A DNA stretch of 63,270 nt, the filler included, from Licmophora abbreviata (taxonomy: Eukaryota), in NCBI GenBank assembly GCA_900291995.1. It is 14 parts of 14 records of this genome, joined end to end, with 100 filler letters (N's around TTAATTAATTAA, not from the genome) between each part and the next. Parts side by side here need not be neighbours in the genome. Positions count along the whole stretch, not along the records: positions 18,187 to 33,464 come from OLMU01001035.1; 13 more parts are not named here. One strand, given 5' to 3'. Shown in pieces: positions 22,364-32,463 of the stretch. Every line of letters starts with the position of its first letter. Positions within the stretch are counted from its first letter, which is position 1. The notes beneath the pieces are model-generated. The model was not told the DNA's origin. It was given only the letters and a program-made list of their open reading frames with translations, and searched no databases. A program made the position numbers and the translations under genes.

Positions 22364-23023
22364 ATGAATTCCCCCCTTCTTCAGCTTCTGGTTCTGGCCG
22401 GAATCGCGATCTTCTTGATCTTGCGATTGAAAAGCGTTCTGGGCACCCGTGATGGGTTCGAGGGCCCGCCACGCAGCGAACGGACAGGCGCCGCGCCGCA
22501 GCGCCGCGACACGTTCGAGGTGATCGACGGCGGTCCAGATTACGACATCATCGACAATGTCTCCGAAGAATCGGACGCGGCCGATGCCCTAGCACGGATG
22601 AAGCGTATTGAGCCTTCGTTCAATGTCACGCAATTCCTGCAGGGAGCACGCGGCGCCTATGAGATGATCCTCATGGCATTCGAGCGCGGACAGCTCGAGG
22701 ATGTGGCACCGTTTCTGGATGAAGATGTCTATGAGGCCTTTGCCCAGGTGATCGATGCGCGGCAGGAACAGGGCCTGATTGTCGAGGCGGAATTCCTTGG
22801 ACTGCGCGAAACCAAGCTGGTTGAAGCGACCTTGAGCGATGACAACCGCGCCGCGATCACCGTGCGCTTCGTGGGAGAGCTTACGTCGGTCGTGCGGGAT
22901 GCCAATGGCGAGATCATCGAAGGCGATGCAAAGACAGCCAAGCGCCAGAAAGATATCTGGACATTCGAGCGCGTCATGGGCTCGGACGATCCAAACTGGC
23001 GGCTTGTTGCCACGGGCGAATGA
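22364..23023 (+). CDS. Tim44/TimA-family protein
   Basis: LRLKSVLGTRDG, FLQGARGAYEMI, WTFER, DPNWRLVAT. Confidence 0.88.
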   Translation: MNSPLLQLLVLAGIAIFLILRLKSVLGTRDGFEGPPRSERTGAAPQRRDTFEVIDGGPDYDIIDNVSEESDAADALARMKRIEPSFNVTQFLQGARGAYEMILMAFERGQLEDVAPFLDEDVYEAFAQVIDARQEQGLIVEAEFLGLRETKLVEATLSDDNRAAITVRFVGELTSVVRDANGEIIEGDAKTAKRQKDIWTFERVMGSDDPNWRLVATGE

Positions 23024-24057
23024 CCGGAAGGCTGTGGGCGGCGCTGGCTGTCTGGCTGTCCTTTGCGGGCGGCCTGTCAGCCAGTGAAACCACTCATAGC
23101 ATTCTTGATTTCCGGGATCTCGATGGCTGGGAACAGGACGATCACGAGCGGGCGCTGTCAGTCTTTCTTGAGACATGCCCGGATATGGATGATCCGGATT
23201 GGTCGGCGCTTTGTGCCTTGGCCCAGCAAAAACCCGAAGCGCGCCCCTTTTTCGAGCTGTTCTTTCGGCCCGTGCTGATCGAAAACGCCCAGAGGCCGCT
23301 TTTCACTGGATATTTCGAACCAGAATTGAACGGCGCCTTGCGTCCTGACAACCGTTATCGCTTTCCCGTTTACCGGATGCCACCAGAGGCCAGGGGTGCG
23401 GGTCAATGGATAACCCGGCGGGAAATTGAAACCAGCGACGTGATGAAGGGCCGGGGCCTTGAGATTGCCTGGGTCGATGATCCGGTCGAGCTGTTCTTTC
23501 TGCAGATTCAGGGATCGGGACGGATCAGGCTTCCTGATGGTGATGTGATCCGTGTCGGGTATGCTGGCAAGAACGGGCATGATTATCGGTCCGTCGGGGT
23601 CGAGATGGTGCGGCGCGGGATCTATGAGGTACATCAGGTCTCGGCGCAGGTCATAAAGAACTGGGTCAGGCGGAACCCTGTCGAGGGTCGCGAATTGCTG
23701 TTCCACAACCCGTCCTTTGTTTTCTTCCGGACGGTTAATCAGGTACCAGCCGATAAAGGGCCGCTTGGCGCAATGAACCGATCGGTGACCCCGGGCCGCA
23801 CGATCGCCGCCGATCCGGCGTTTGTGCCGCTTGGCGCGCCGGTCTGGATCGAAAAGGGTGGGGAAAATCCGATCCAACGGCTTATGGTGGCGCAGGATAC
23901 CGGATCGGCGATCAAGGGACCGCAGCGCGCGGATATCTTCTTTGGGACGGGGGATGCGGCGGGACGTGCCGCCGGCAAGCTGCGCGATCCGGGGCGCATG
24001 GTGGTTCTGCTGCCGATCCAGCGCGCCTATGCCATGCTGACGGAGCCTTTGCAGTGA
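23020..24057 (+). CDS. mltA: Lytic murein transglycosylase MltA
   Basis: FTGYFEP, FFLQIQGSG, NPSFVFF, AQDTGSAIKG..RADIFFG. Confidence 0.93.
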   Translation: MTGRLWAALAVWLSFAGGLSASETTHSILDFRDLDGWEQDDHERALSVFLETCPDMDDPDWSALCALAQQKPEARPFFELFFRPVLIENAQRPLFTGYFEPELNGALRPDNRYRFPVYRMPPEARGAGQWITRREIETSDVMKGRGLEIAWVDDPVELFFLQIQGSGRIRLPDGDVIRVGYAGKNGHDYRSVGVEMVRRGIYEVHQVSAQVIKNWVRRNPVEGRELLFHNPSFVFFRTVNQVPADKGPLGAMNRSVTPGRTIAADPAFVPLGAPVWIEKGGENPIQRLMVAQDTGSAIKGPQRADIFFGTGDAAGRAAGKLRDPGRMVVLLPIQRAYAMLTEPLQ

Positions 24058-24635
24058 CGCGCCGGCGTCTCAAGCCCGACGAGCTGGAGCTTTGGCGCCG
24101 GGTTGCCAAAACCACGCAGCGCCTTGCCCCTGAGCGCCGGGAAGAACATGGGCTTGCGCCAAAGCCGGTGGCGAAAAATATGGCGCGGCCGCTTTTGCAG
24201 GAGTTCGAGATCGGGCAGAAAAAGACGCCTGCCAAGCCCGAGCACAACGTGTCCGTCGATATCGCCGAGCGGATCGCACGGCAGCCTGTAAAGATGGATC
24301 AAAAGACCTATGGCAAGCTGAAGCGCGGCAAGGTTGTGCCGGAGGCGCGGCTGGACCTGCACGGGATGACGATGGATCAGGCGCATCCGGCGCTCATGGG
24401 CTTCATCCTGCGCGCCCATGCGCAGGGCAAACGGCTGGTGCTGGTCATCACGGGCAAGGGCAAGAGCCGCGACGAAGGGGGGCCGATCCCGGTCAGGCAA
24501 GGGGTGCTGAGGCATAACGTGCCGCAATGGCTGTCCTCGCCGCCACTGGCGCAAGCGGTCCTGCAGATCACCGAGGCGCATGTCTCGCATGGCGGCGGTG
24601 GTGCCTATTACGTGTATTTACGGCGCCAGCGGTAG
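24054..24635 (+). CDS. Smr/MutS2-domain protein
   Basis: LDLHGMT, LVITGKG, HGGGGAYYVYL. Confidence 0.92.
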   Translation: MTRRRLKPDELELWRRVAKTTQRLAPERREEHGLAPKPVAKNMARPLLQEFEIGQKKTPAKPEHNVSVDIAERIARQPVKMDQKTYGKLKRGKVVPEARLDLHGMTMDQAHPALMGFILRAHAQGKRLVLVITGKGKSRDEGGPIPVRQGVLRHNVPQWLSSPPLAQAVLQITEAHVSHGGGGAYYVYLRRQR

Positions 24636-25841
24636 AAGCGGCCGGGCGCGGGCAATGCCCAGACCCATCATCACGGTGGCAAAGACGAAATAGCCCGCGA
24701 TGAGCACATATTGTGCTTCGATCCCCAGACCAAGGTCGATCCCCAGCCCGGTCAACCCCGGACCGATCGCCGATCCAAGCACCATGAGCGCCGCTGCCAT
24801 CGCCTTGATCGAGCCGATGTTGCGGGTGCCATAGAACTCGGCCCAGAAAGCGCTTGGCAAGGTGGTGTTCATGCCCGTGGTCAGGCCAAGAAAAAAGAAT
24901 CCCAGAATCATGACTGTCGGCCCGTCTGCCTGAGCGAAGAGCAGAAAGGCAAAAACCATCGGCACTTGTGATAGCGGCATCAGCCGCGCGGTTCCCAGAC
25001 GATCAAGCGCCCAGCCCGACAGCACCATAGCGGCGATGGATACCGCGGTGTAGAACGGAAACATCGCCACAAGGTCCACATGGGCGATGGTCTTGATATC
25101 GGCGAAATGGACCTGATGAAAAAAGAACGCCGTGTTGAAGGCCGAAGGGCCAAGAAGGGCGGGGATCATGAACCAGAAAAGGAAATGGCGCAGCGCCTGA
25201 TTGCGGGTCCAGTGGCGCGAGTCCATGCCGGTGGCTTGGCTGAGATGCGCCATGGATTGCGGGGTGCGTTCCTGGCGCAGCAAAAGCAGAAGGATCGGGA
25301 TGCCGGCAACCGCGATCAGCCCGGCCAGACCCCAAAGAAGACGCCAGTCGTACTGGATCATAAGCGCGACGAAGATCAGCGGCAACAGCGCCTCGCCCGC
25401 AGCGAAGCCAAGGGTTGCGATTGACAGAGCCTTGCCACGGGTCGCGATGAACCAGCGCGACATGGCGACCACGGCGATATGGCTGGTCATGCCTTGTCCT
25501 GCGAACCGCAGCGTGAAGATGACCGCCGGGAGCAGCCACCAGACAGGGTTGAGCGCCATGAAGAGGCATGCCGCCATCAGCATCAGAAGAACCAGCGCCC
25601 CAAGCACCCTGACGCGGAACCGATCGGTCAGACCCCCGGCCCAGACCATGACAAGCGCCGAAAGCCCGGTTCCAAGCGTATAGATACCACCCCATTGCCC
25701 ATGCGACAGACCGAACTCGGACCGGATCTCACCGGCGAAGATGGAAATGAAGAATGTCTGTCCAAAGCTGCTGAGAAAGGTCAGCAGAACACCAGCGGAC
25801 AGCCAAGGCGCATTGGAGCGAAGGAACGCAAGGATCGACAT
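24618..25841 (-). CDS. MFS transporter
   Basis: About 12 TM segments; GGLTDRFRVR and GWALDRLGTAR motif A; FYGTRNIGSIK. Confidence 0.9.
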   Translation of the reverse strand: MSILAFLRSNAPWLSAGVLLTFLSSFGQTFFISIFAGEIRSEFGLSHGQWGGIYTLGTGLSALVMVWAGGLTDRFRVRVLGALVLLMLMAACLFMALNPVWWLLPAVIFTLRFAGQGMTSHIAVVAMSRWFIATRGKALSIATLGFAAGEALLPLIFVALMIQYDWRLLWGLAGLIAVAGIPILLLLLRQERTPQSMAHLSQATGMDSRHWTRNQALRHFLFWFMIPALLGPSAFNTAFFFHQVHFADIKTIAHVDLVAMFPFYTAVSIAAMVLSGWALDRLGTARLMPLSQVPMVFAFLLFAQADGPTVMILGFFFLGLTTGMNTTLPSAFWAEFYGTRNIGSIKAMAAALMVLGSAIGPGLTGLGIDLGLGIEAQYVLIAGYFVFATVMMGLGIARARPLLPLAP

Positions 25842-25901
25842 GCCCTTTGGTGGAACGGATCGCCCGGAAAGAAAAGGGCATTCGATCCAGGGGCAGCGCC
25901 C

Positions 25902-26522
25902 TTACGACGGGCGGGGTTTTTCCATCACCAGAAAGGTCATCATGCCGATCGGCGGCAACGACTTGTGTTCGGTCACCGACAGATCATCGCGCATCACCTG
26001 ATCGATGTGGAAATCCGAATGCCAGCCAAGAAGATTGGCAAATGGCGCGGTCACACGGCCAAGGAAGGCGAAAAACCCGCGTTCATGGACGAAGTGATTG
26101 GTGATGACAACGCGGCCACCGGGTGCGCAGACCCGGGCGATTTCCGCCATGACCTTTTCGGGTTCGGGGACCACGGACAAGACATGCATTGCCGCGACCG
26201 TGTCAAAACTGTTGTCGGGAAAATCCAGGTGCCGCGCATCCATCTGGCGCAGCTCCTTGACGTGATGGAGGCCCAGATCGGTTACCCGACGCTGCGCCTT
26301 GGCGAGCATATCCTCGGAGAAATCGATGCCGGTGACGGTGCATGCCGGATCGTAATGCGGCAAGGCCAAGCCGGTTCCAACGCCCACCTCGAGCACCGTT
26401 CCCGGCCGTTGATTGATCAGACGGACGGCGCGGTTGCGCCCTGCATTGGTGATTTTGCCGAATGTCGCATCATAGATCGGTGCCCAACGGGCATAGGAGG
26501 ACTCGATCGCTTTGGGATCCAT
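25902..26522 (-). CDS. pmtA: Phosphatidylethanolamine N-methyltransferase (class I SAM methyltransferase)
   Basis: YARWAPIYD, VLEVGVGTG, MDAR, VCAPGG; follows psd-pssA. Confidence 0.85.
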   Translation of the reverse strand: MDPKAIESSYARWAPIYDATFGKITNAGRNRAVRLINQRPGTVLEVGVGTGLALPHYDPACTVTGIDFSEDMLAKAQRRVTDLGLHHVKELRQMDARHLDFPDNSFDTVAAMHVLSVVPEPEKVMAEIARVCAPGGRVVITNHFVHERGFFAFLGRVTAPFANLLGWHSDFHIDQVMRDDLSVTEHKSLPPIGMMTFLVMEKPRPS

Positions 26523-26526
26523 GGAC

Positions 26527-27279
26527 TTACTCGCTTTGCTCGCTGCGGCGCAATTCTGCGACGAAAGACACAAGGACTGCAACAAGATAGGCGCCACAGG
26601 CGGAAAGCAGCGTAATCCACTCGAACGCGGCGAGCGCAACAAGGGCCACGATCACGGTGATGATGGCCAAAAGCCGGTTTTCACGCGCGATGCGGATGGA
26701 TTTGAACGAGGGCGTGGGGACCCGGCTGACCATCAGGAACCCGATGAAAAGTATGTAAAGGCTGACCGCAATGCCCGGCAAGGCGGGCCTGTCGGTGAAG
26801 GCGAAGGACAACAGAAGAGGTGCTAGCGCCAGGAAAGCACCGGCGGGGGCAGGAACGCCGGTGAAATGGCTTGCCGGAGCTGTGGCCGACGGATCGCGGG
26901 CGCTGACATTAAAGCGCGCCAGCCGCAGGATGCAGCAGATCGCGAAGGCCAGTGCCACACTCCAGCCGAAGGGCCCCAGATCCTGCATGCCCCAGAAATA
27001 CACGATCAGGGCTGGTGCGACGCCAAAGTTGAGGAAATCGGCCAGCGAGTCGAGCTCGAGCCCGAATTGACTGTCGCAGCCGACATAGCGCGCAACGCGG
27101 CCATCGATCCCGTCAAGCACGGCGGCGAGCAGGATAAGCTGCACGGCCACAATGTAATTTCCCTGTACGCCAAAGCGTATGGCGGTGATCCCGGCGCAGA
27201 CGGCGCCGAGGGTCAGCATGTTGGGAATGAGCCTGACCAGCGTCAGGTCGGTGATGGATTTTGCGGGTGGTCGTGTCAT
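26527..27279 (-). CDS. pssA: Phosphatidylserine synthase (CDP-alcohol phosphotransferase)
   Basis: [32 protein letters not shown]. Confidence 0.92.
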   Translation of the reverse strand: MTRPPAKSITDLTLVRLIPNMLTLGAVCAGITAIRFGVQGNYIVAVQLILLAAVLDGIDGRVARYVGCDSQFGLELDSLADFLNFGVAPALIVYFWGMQDLGPFGWSVALAFAICCILRLARFNVSARDPSATAPASHFTGVPAPAGAFLALAPLLLSFAFTDRPALPGIAVSLYILFIGFLMVSRVPTPSFKSIRIARENRLLAIITVIVALVALAAFEWITLLSACGAYLVAVLVSFVAELRRSEQSE

Positions 27280-27965
27280 GTGTTCGCGTCGTGATCCGTT
27301 TTGGGCGCATCGAGATTGGCGATCACGGTTTCTCCGGCGACCATCGTTTGCCCGACACGCACTTGCGGCTCGATCCCCTCAGGAAGGTAGACATCCAGCC
27401 GTGATCCGAAGCGGATCAGGCCAAACCGCTGGGACATATCTACACGATCACCGCGATTGACGAAACACACAATCCTGCGGGCGACCAGACCGGCGATTTG
27501 GACGACCGCCAGATCTTGTTGGTTGGCCATACGGATCACCAAGCTGTTGCGTTCGTTGTCGGCGCTGGCCTTGTCGAGGGAAGCGTTGAAAAATTTACCG
27601 GGTCGATAGGCGATGGCGGTGACTTCACCGGCGACGGGGGCGCGATTCACGTGGCAATTGAACACCGACATGAACACGCTGACGCGGGTCAGGGGAGTGT
27701 CGGGCAGGCCAAGCTCGGCGGGGGGAATGGCGGGTTCGATGAGGGACACGATGCCATCCGCAGGGCTGACGATGACATCGTCGCGCGCTGGGGCAACCCG
27801 TTCGGGGTCACGGAAAAAGTAGTAACACCAGACAGTTAAGCCCACCCCGATCCAGCCCAGCATGTCTTCGATCAGGAAGAGGGCGAGGGTGATCGCGGCG
27901 AAGATCGCCACGAATTTGCGCCCCTCGGGGTGCATGGGTTTGACGAAGGTGGACATCATGTTCAT
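27276..27965 (-). CDS. psd: Phosphatidylserine decarboxylase
   Basis: [33 protein letters not shown] self-cleavage motif. Confidence 0.94.
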   Translation of the reverse strand: MNMMSTFVKPMHPEGRKFVAIFAAITLALFLIEDMLGWIGVGLTVWCYYFFRDPERVAPARDDVIVSPADGIVSLIEPAIPPAELGLPDTPLTRVSVFMSVFNCHVNRAPVAGEVTAIAYRPGKFFNASLDKASADNERNSLVIRMANQQDLAVVQIAGLVARRIVCFVNRGDRVDMSQRFGLIRFGSRLDVYLPEGIEPQVRVGQTMVAGETVIANLDAPKTDHDANT

Positions 27966-28103
27966 GGGTGCGGTGTTCCGGTTATCTGTAGATCAGCCGC
28001 AGATAAGGCAAAACCGGGGGCTTGCATAGAGTGCGCGGAACACGCGCAGGCCGATCCGGCGAATCAGGGTGCAACCGATTGGTTAATGGGTAAAAACCCG
28101 CTG

Positions 28104-28186
28104 CGGTATCGCGTCAGTATAACGTCGGTATCGCGTCGGTATTTGGCACCGCACCACGCGCGGTTAACGGGGCGCGCGGTGCGGTG
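28104..28186. repeat. 3.5 tandem 11-bp units followed by a GC-rich palindrome
   Basis: CGGTATCGCGT/CAGTATAACGT/CGGTATCGCGT/CGGTAT at 28104-28142; inverted repeat CACCGCACC (28147-28155) / GGTGCGGTG (28178-28186). Confidence 0.75.
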
Positions 28187-28213
28187 TTGCGAAAGACCTG
28201 ATCCGAGGGCGCG

Positions 28214-29848
28214 TCAGCCCTCCAGAGCGCGGGCCTGATCGCGGAGGACGAATTTCTGGATCTTGCCGGTGGAGGTTCTGGGGATCTCGGCGAAGACGAC
28301 GCGGCCCGGCACCTTGTAGGGGGCCAGATGATCGCGGCACCATGCGCGAAGGCTGGCTTCGTCGGCATCATGGCCCGAGGTGAGCTGCACGAAGGCGCAA
28401 GGGGTTTCCCCCCATTTTGCATGCGGCATCGCGACGACGGCGGCGACCGCGACGGCGGGGTGACGGTAGAGCGCCTCTTCCACTTCGATCGACGAGATAT
28501 TCTCGCCGCCGGAGATGATGATGTCCTTGGAGCGGTCCTTGAGCTGGATATAGCCGTCGGGATGCACGACACCCAGATCGCCGGAATGGAACCAGCCGCC
28601 AGCAAGGGCCTTTTGCGTGGCCTCGGGGCTGCGGAAATAGCCCTTCATGACGACATTGCCGCGAAACATCACCTCGCCCATGGTCACGCCATCGCGCGGC
28701 ACGGGACGCATCGTGTCGGGATCGAGCACATCGAGGCCCTCGAGCGGCAGATAGCGCACACCCTGACGGGCCTTGAGCGCGGCCTTTTTCGGGCCGGGCA
28801 GCGATGACCAGTCGGCATGCCATTCATTGACCACGGCGGGACCATAGGTTTCGGTCAGCCCGTAAAGATGGGTGACATCGAAGCCCGCCGCATCCATTTC
28901 GGCCAGAAGGGATTCGGGGGGCGGCGCGGCGGCGGTGAAGAATTGCACGCGGCGATCCAGCGGGCGCTTCACGCTGTCATCGGCGGAGTTGATGAGCGAC
29001 ATCACGATTGGCGCACCGCAGAGATGGGTGACGCCGTCTTCGGCCAGTGCCCGCCAGATCGGTTCGGCCCGCACCTGTCGCAGACAGACATGGGTGCCGA
29101 TGATGGCGGACAGGGTCCAGGGAAAGGACCAGCCGTTGCAATGGAACATCGGCAAAGTCCAGAGATAGACACTGTGTTTGGCCATTGAGGTGGTCAGCGC
29201 ATTGCCCTGAGCCAGAAGATAGGCGCCGCGATGATGCGAGACGACGCCCTTGGGATCACCGGTGGTGCCGGAGGTGTAATTGATCGAGATCGCGTCCCAT
29301 TCATCCTCGGGCATGAGCCATGCGAAATCGGGGTCGCCGGTGCCGAGAAACGCCTCATATTCTTCGGCGCTGGCCATGTCGCCTGGCCCGTCATATTCGG
29401 GATCATCATAGAGGATGACATCCGGCGTCACGCTGGCCTGGGCAAGCGCGTCTTGCATCAGGGGGGCGAATTCGCGGTCGACGATCACGAGTTTCGCCAT
29501 CGCATGATCGAGCTGGAAGGCGATGATCGCCGCATCGAGCCGCGTGTTGATCGAGTGCAGCACAGCGCCGCACATCGGCACGCCGTAATGACATTCGAGC
29601 ATCGCGGGCGTGTTGGCCAGAAGCGCCGACACGGTGTCGCCCCGACCGATTCCGCGCTGGGCCAGAGCCGATGCCAGCCTGCGCGACCGGGCATAGAAGG
29701 CGGCATAGCTGCGCCGCAGATCGCCATGCAGGATCGCGGTGTGATCGGGAAACACGGCGGCGGCGCGTTCCAGAAAGGTGAGCGGTGTGAGCGGCTGGTA
29801 ATTCGCCGGGGTTCGATCGAGGCCGGTGTTATAGGGATTGCTGCCCAT
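28214..29848 (-). CDS. Acyl-CoA synthetase (AMP-forming)
   Basis: PLTPLTFLER, NYTSGTTGDPKG, PMFHCNGW, YGLTETYGP, DRSKDIIISGGEN, STGKIQK. Confidence 0.93.
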   Translation of the reverse strand: MGSNPYNTGLDRTPANYQPLTPLTFLERAAAVFPDHTAILHGDLRRSYAAFYARSRRLASALAQRGIGRGDTVSALLANTPAMLECHYGVPMCGAVLHSINTRLDAAIIAFQLDHAMAKLVIVDREFAPLMQDALAQASVTPDVILYDDPEYDGPGDMASAEEYEAFLGTGDPDFAWLMPEDEWDAISINYTSGTTGDPKGVVSHHRGAYLLAQGNALTTSMAKHSVYLWTLPMFHCNGWSFPWTLSAIIGTHVCLRQVRAEPIWRALAEDGVTHLCGAPIVMSLINSADDSVKRPLDRRVQFFTAAAPPPESLLAEMDAAGFDVTHLYGLTETYGPAVVNEWHADWSSLPGPKKAALKARQGVRYLPLEGLDVLDPDTMRPVPRDGVTMGEVMFRGNVVMKGYFRSPEATQKALAGGWFHSGDLGVVHPDGYIQLKDRSKDIIISGGENISSIEVEEALYRHPAVAVAAVVAMPHAKWGETPCAFVQLTSGHDADEASLRAWCRDHLAPYKVPGRVVFAEIPRTSTGKIQKFVLRDQARALEG

Positions 29849-29853
29849 GGTGC

Positions 29854-30639
29854 TTATTGATCCTGCCATTGCGGCGCGCGCTTTTCGATGAAGGCGTTGA
29901 TACCTTCGCGGGCGTCATGGGCCAGCATGTTATCAACCATCACCTGAGAGGCATAGTCATAAGCCTCGGCCAGAGGCATCTCGCGCTGGGCATAGAAGGC
30001 GCGTTTGCCGGTGGCCAGTGTCATACTGGATTTCGACGCGATCTTACGAGCCATGTCGAGCGTGGCCGCGCGAAGCGCATCTTCGGGGACGGCATGGTTG
30101 ACAAGGCCCATTTCGGCGGCGCGGGTGGCCGGGGTCATGTCGCCGGTCAGCAGCATTTCCATCGCGTGCTTGTTCGAGACATTGCGCGACAGCGCCACCA
30201 TCGGCGTGGAGCAGAAGAGCCCGATATGGACACCCGGCGTGCTGAAGCGGGCGGTATCGGCGGCGATGGCCAGATCGCAGCTTGCCACCAGCTGACAGCC
30301 GGCGGCGGTGGCGATGCCCGTCACCTCGGCGATCACGGGTTTGGGGCAGTTGACGATGGTCTGCATCATGGCGGAACACTGGGCCATCACCTTGGTGAAA
30401 TAGGCGCGGCCCCCGTCGGGACCGGCGCGACCGGCGGTCATTTCCTTGAGATCGTGACCGGCACAGAAGGCGGGGCCATGCGCGGCAAGGATGACGACGC
30501 GCACGGCAGGGTTTTGTCCTGCGTCGGTGAAAGCGTCGGTGAGCCGGGTCATCATCGCCTCGGACAGGGCATTGCGGCGCGAGGGATCGTCCAGCGTGAG
30601 GCGCAGGATGCCATCTGCGTCGAGATCGGAGAGAAGCAT
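29854..30639 (-). CDS. Enoyl-CoA hydratase/crotonase-fold protein (ECHDC3-like)
   Basis: RNAL, FCAGHDLKEM, AAGCQLVASCD, TPGVHIGLFCSTP. Confidence 0.9.
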   Translation of the reverse strand: MLLSDLDADGILRLTLDDPSRRNALSEAMMTRLTDAFTDAGQNPAVRVVILAAHGPAFCAGHDLKEMTAGRAGPDGGRAYFTKVMAQCSAMMQTIVNCPKPVIAEVTGIATAAGCQLVASCDLAIAADTARFSTPGVHIGLFCSTPMVALSRNVSNKHAMEMLLTGDMTPATRAAEMGLVNHAVPEDALRAATLDMARKIASKSSMTLATGKRAFYAQREMPLAEAYDYASQVMVDNMLAHDAREGINAFIEKRAPQWQDQ

Positions 30640-30670
30640 GTGGTTTCCTTTGGAGGCGGTGTTGCGGGAC

Positions 30671-31120
30671 TTAGCGGACGTTGATTTCGACGCTGTCTGC
30701 CAGCGTGTTGGCGATGAAGCAATAGCGGTGGGCGCGGTGCTGCATCTGGGCCAATTCGTCTGCGTCGATGGCAAAGCCCGTGTCGAAGCGCACCACCGGG
30801 TTCAGGTCGATCCGGGTGACGGACATCTGCCCTTGTGGGTTCTTCCCCAGATGCGCTTCGGCGTAGTCGTGATAGCTGGCCACGGGCCAACCGGCCTTGG
30901 CGCAGAGCGCAAGGAAGGTCATCATGTGACAGCTGGACAGGGCGGCGGCCAGCGCCTGTTCGGGGTTGGTGTGCTCGGGATCGCCGCCCCAATCGGGGGC
31001 GGCGTCCACCTGGACCTCGTGGTTGGTATTATAGAGCACGGTGTGCGCGTTTGAGTATTTGCCGGTCTGCAAGGCAGGTTCGGCGCGCTGCCAATGCAGC
31101 TCGATCGCGAGGTCGGACAT
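30671..31120 (-). CDS. OsmC/Ohr-family protein
   Basis: NPEQALAAALSSCHMMTF and AHRYCFIANT (two conserved Cys). Confidence 0.9.
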   Translation of the reverse strand: MSDLAIELHWQRAEPALQTGKYSNAHTVLYNTNHEVQVDAAPDWGGDPEHTNPEQALAAALSSCHMMTFLALCAKAGWPVASYHDYAEAHLGKNPQGQMSVTRIDLNPVVRFDTGFAIDADELAQMQHRAHRYCFIANTLADSVEINVR

Positions 31121-31131
31121 ATGCGGGCCTT

Positions 31132-32304
31132 TTATGCGGTGGCTTGGGTGGTCAGCGGCGACCCGGCGGCGGCCAGTTGCTTGCGCGGATCGAAGAACGG
31201 ACGTTCCACCACGGTGGCGGTGGTTTCGCCGGAATGGGTTACCACCTCAAGCTCGGTGCCAAGCTCGGCGCAGTCGACCGACACCATGGCCAGAGCGATG
31301 TTCTTTCCAAGCCGGGGCGAGTAGATCGCCGAGGTGACCTTGCCCACGCAGGCGCCGTCATGATTGATCGGCCAGAAGGTCGTATTGGGGCCGGTCAGTT
31401 TCGGTCCGTCGATGACAAGGCCGATCTGCTTGCGGGTGACGCCATTGTCGCGGATGCGCTGGAGGGCGAATTTGCCGATGAAGTCGGCCTCGATCTCCAG
31501 GTTCACGAGCCGGTCGAGGCCCAGTTCGAACGGGTTGGTGTGGATGTCGGCATCGGCGTGATAGGAGAGCATGCCGCCCTCGATGCGCCGAATGCTGGAT
31601 GTGTGACCCGGCTTCAGCCCAAAAGGCATGCCGGCTGCCATGATACGCTCCCACAGGGCGTCGCCCTTGGTGCCGTCACGCAGGTAGATTTCGTAGCCCA
31701 ACTCGCTCGACCAGCCGGTGCGTGAGACGATGAGGGGGATGCCGTCGAGGTCCATTTCACGAAGCCAGTAATAGCGCAGGTCCATGATCTCGTCGCCGAA
31801 GAGGGCGCGCATGATCTCGCCGGATTTGGGGCCTTGCAGCTGCAGCGGAGACACGTCCGGTTCGCAGATCGAGACATCGAGACCGGAATGCACGGCGACG
31901 CCCTGCGCCCAGAGCAGAATGTCGCTGTCGGCGAGCGAGAGCCAGAAATGGTTTTCATCCAAGCGAAGGAGGATCGGATCGTTGAGGATGCCGCCTTCGG
32001 CATTGGTGATGAGCACGTATTTGCACTGTCCGATGGCCATGTTGGACAGGTCGCGGGGGGTGAGCATCTGAACGAATTTCGCGGCGTCGGGGCCGGTGAT
32101 CTCGACCTGACGTTCGACGGCGACATCGCACAGGATCGCGCAGTTCACGAGGTTCCAGAAGTTCTGTTCCGGATCGCCGAAATCGCGCGGAATATACATG
32201 TGGTTGTAGACCGAGAAGCCCGTCGCACCCCAGCGGACGGTTGCGTCAAAATAGGGGGATTTGCGGATCTGGGTTCCAAAGCCGAAGTCATGTGGTTGCA
32301 TCAT
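31132..32304 (-). CDS. GcvT-family THF-dependent demethylase/aminomethyltransferase, DmdA-like paralog
   Basis: VYNHMYIP, DVAVERQVEITGPDA, GGILNDP, WLSLADSD, SRTGWS, RRIEGGML; N-terminus FGFGTQIRKSPYF. Confidence 0.85.
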   Translation of the reverse strand: MMQPHDFGFGTQIRKSPYFDATVRWGATGFSVYNHMYIPRDFGDPEQNFWNLVNCAILCDVAVERQVEITGPDAAKFVQMLTPRDLSNMAIGQCKYVLITNAEGGILNDPILLRLDENHFWLSLADSDILLWAQGVAVHSGLDVSICEPDVSPLQLQGPKSGEIMRALFGDEIMDLRYYWLREMDLDGIPLIVSRTGWSSELGYEIYLRDGTKGDALWERIMAAGMPFGLKPGHTSSIRRIEGGMLSYHADADIHTNPFELGLDRLVNLEIEADFIGKFALQRIRDNGVTRKQIGLVIDGPKLTGPNTTFWPINHDGACVGKVTSAIYSPRLGKNIALAMVSVDCAELGTELEVVTHSGETTATVVERPFFDPRKQLAAAGSPLTTQATA

Positions 32305-32463
32305 GTCGTTCACCCTGTTCTGCGCCGGATTGCTGCCCGGAGCGGCGTTGCTGATGAGCAGGGCGTATCCTGTTTCGGGGTGCAAGCGTGGCCTGAAAAC
32401 GCGGGTTTTGCAGACCGATCAGGCCGGGATTCGGCCTGTTGGCGACCAAATGGACCTGATGCC

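Noticed and set aside
28104..28142. CRISPR array
   Set aside because: 11-bp units without spacers; no cas genes.
31132..32304. Gene symbol dmdA or gcvT
   Set aside because: Family is clear but orthology cannot be shown without a phylogeny; no gcvH/gcvP nearby.
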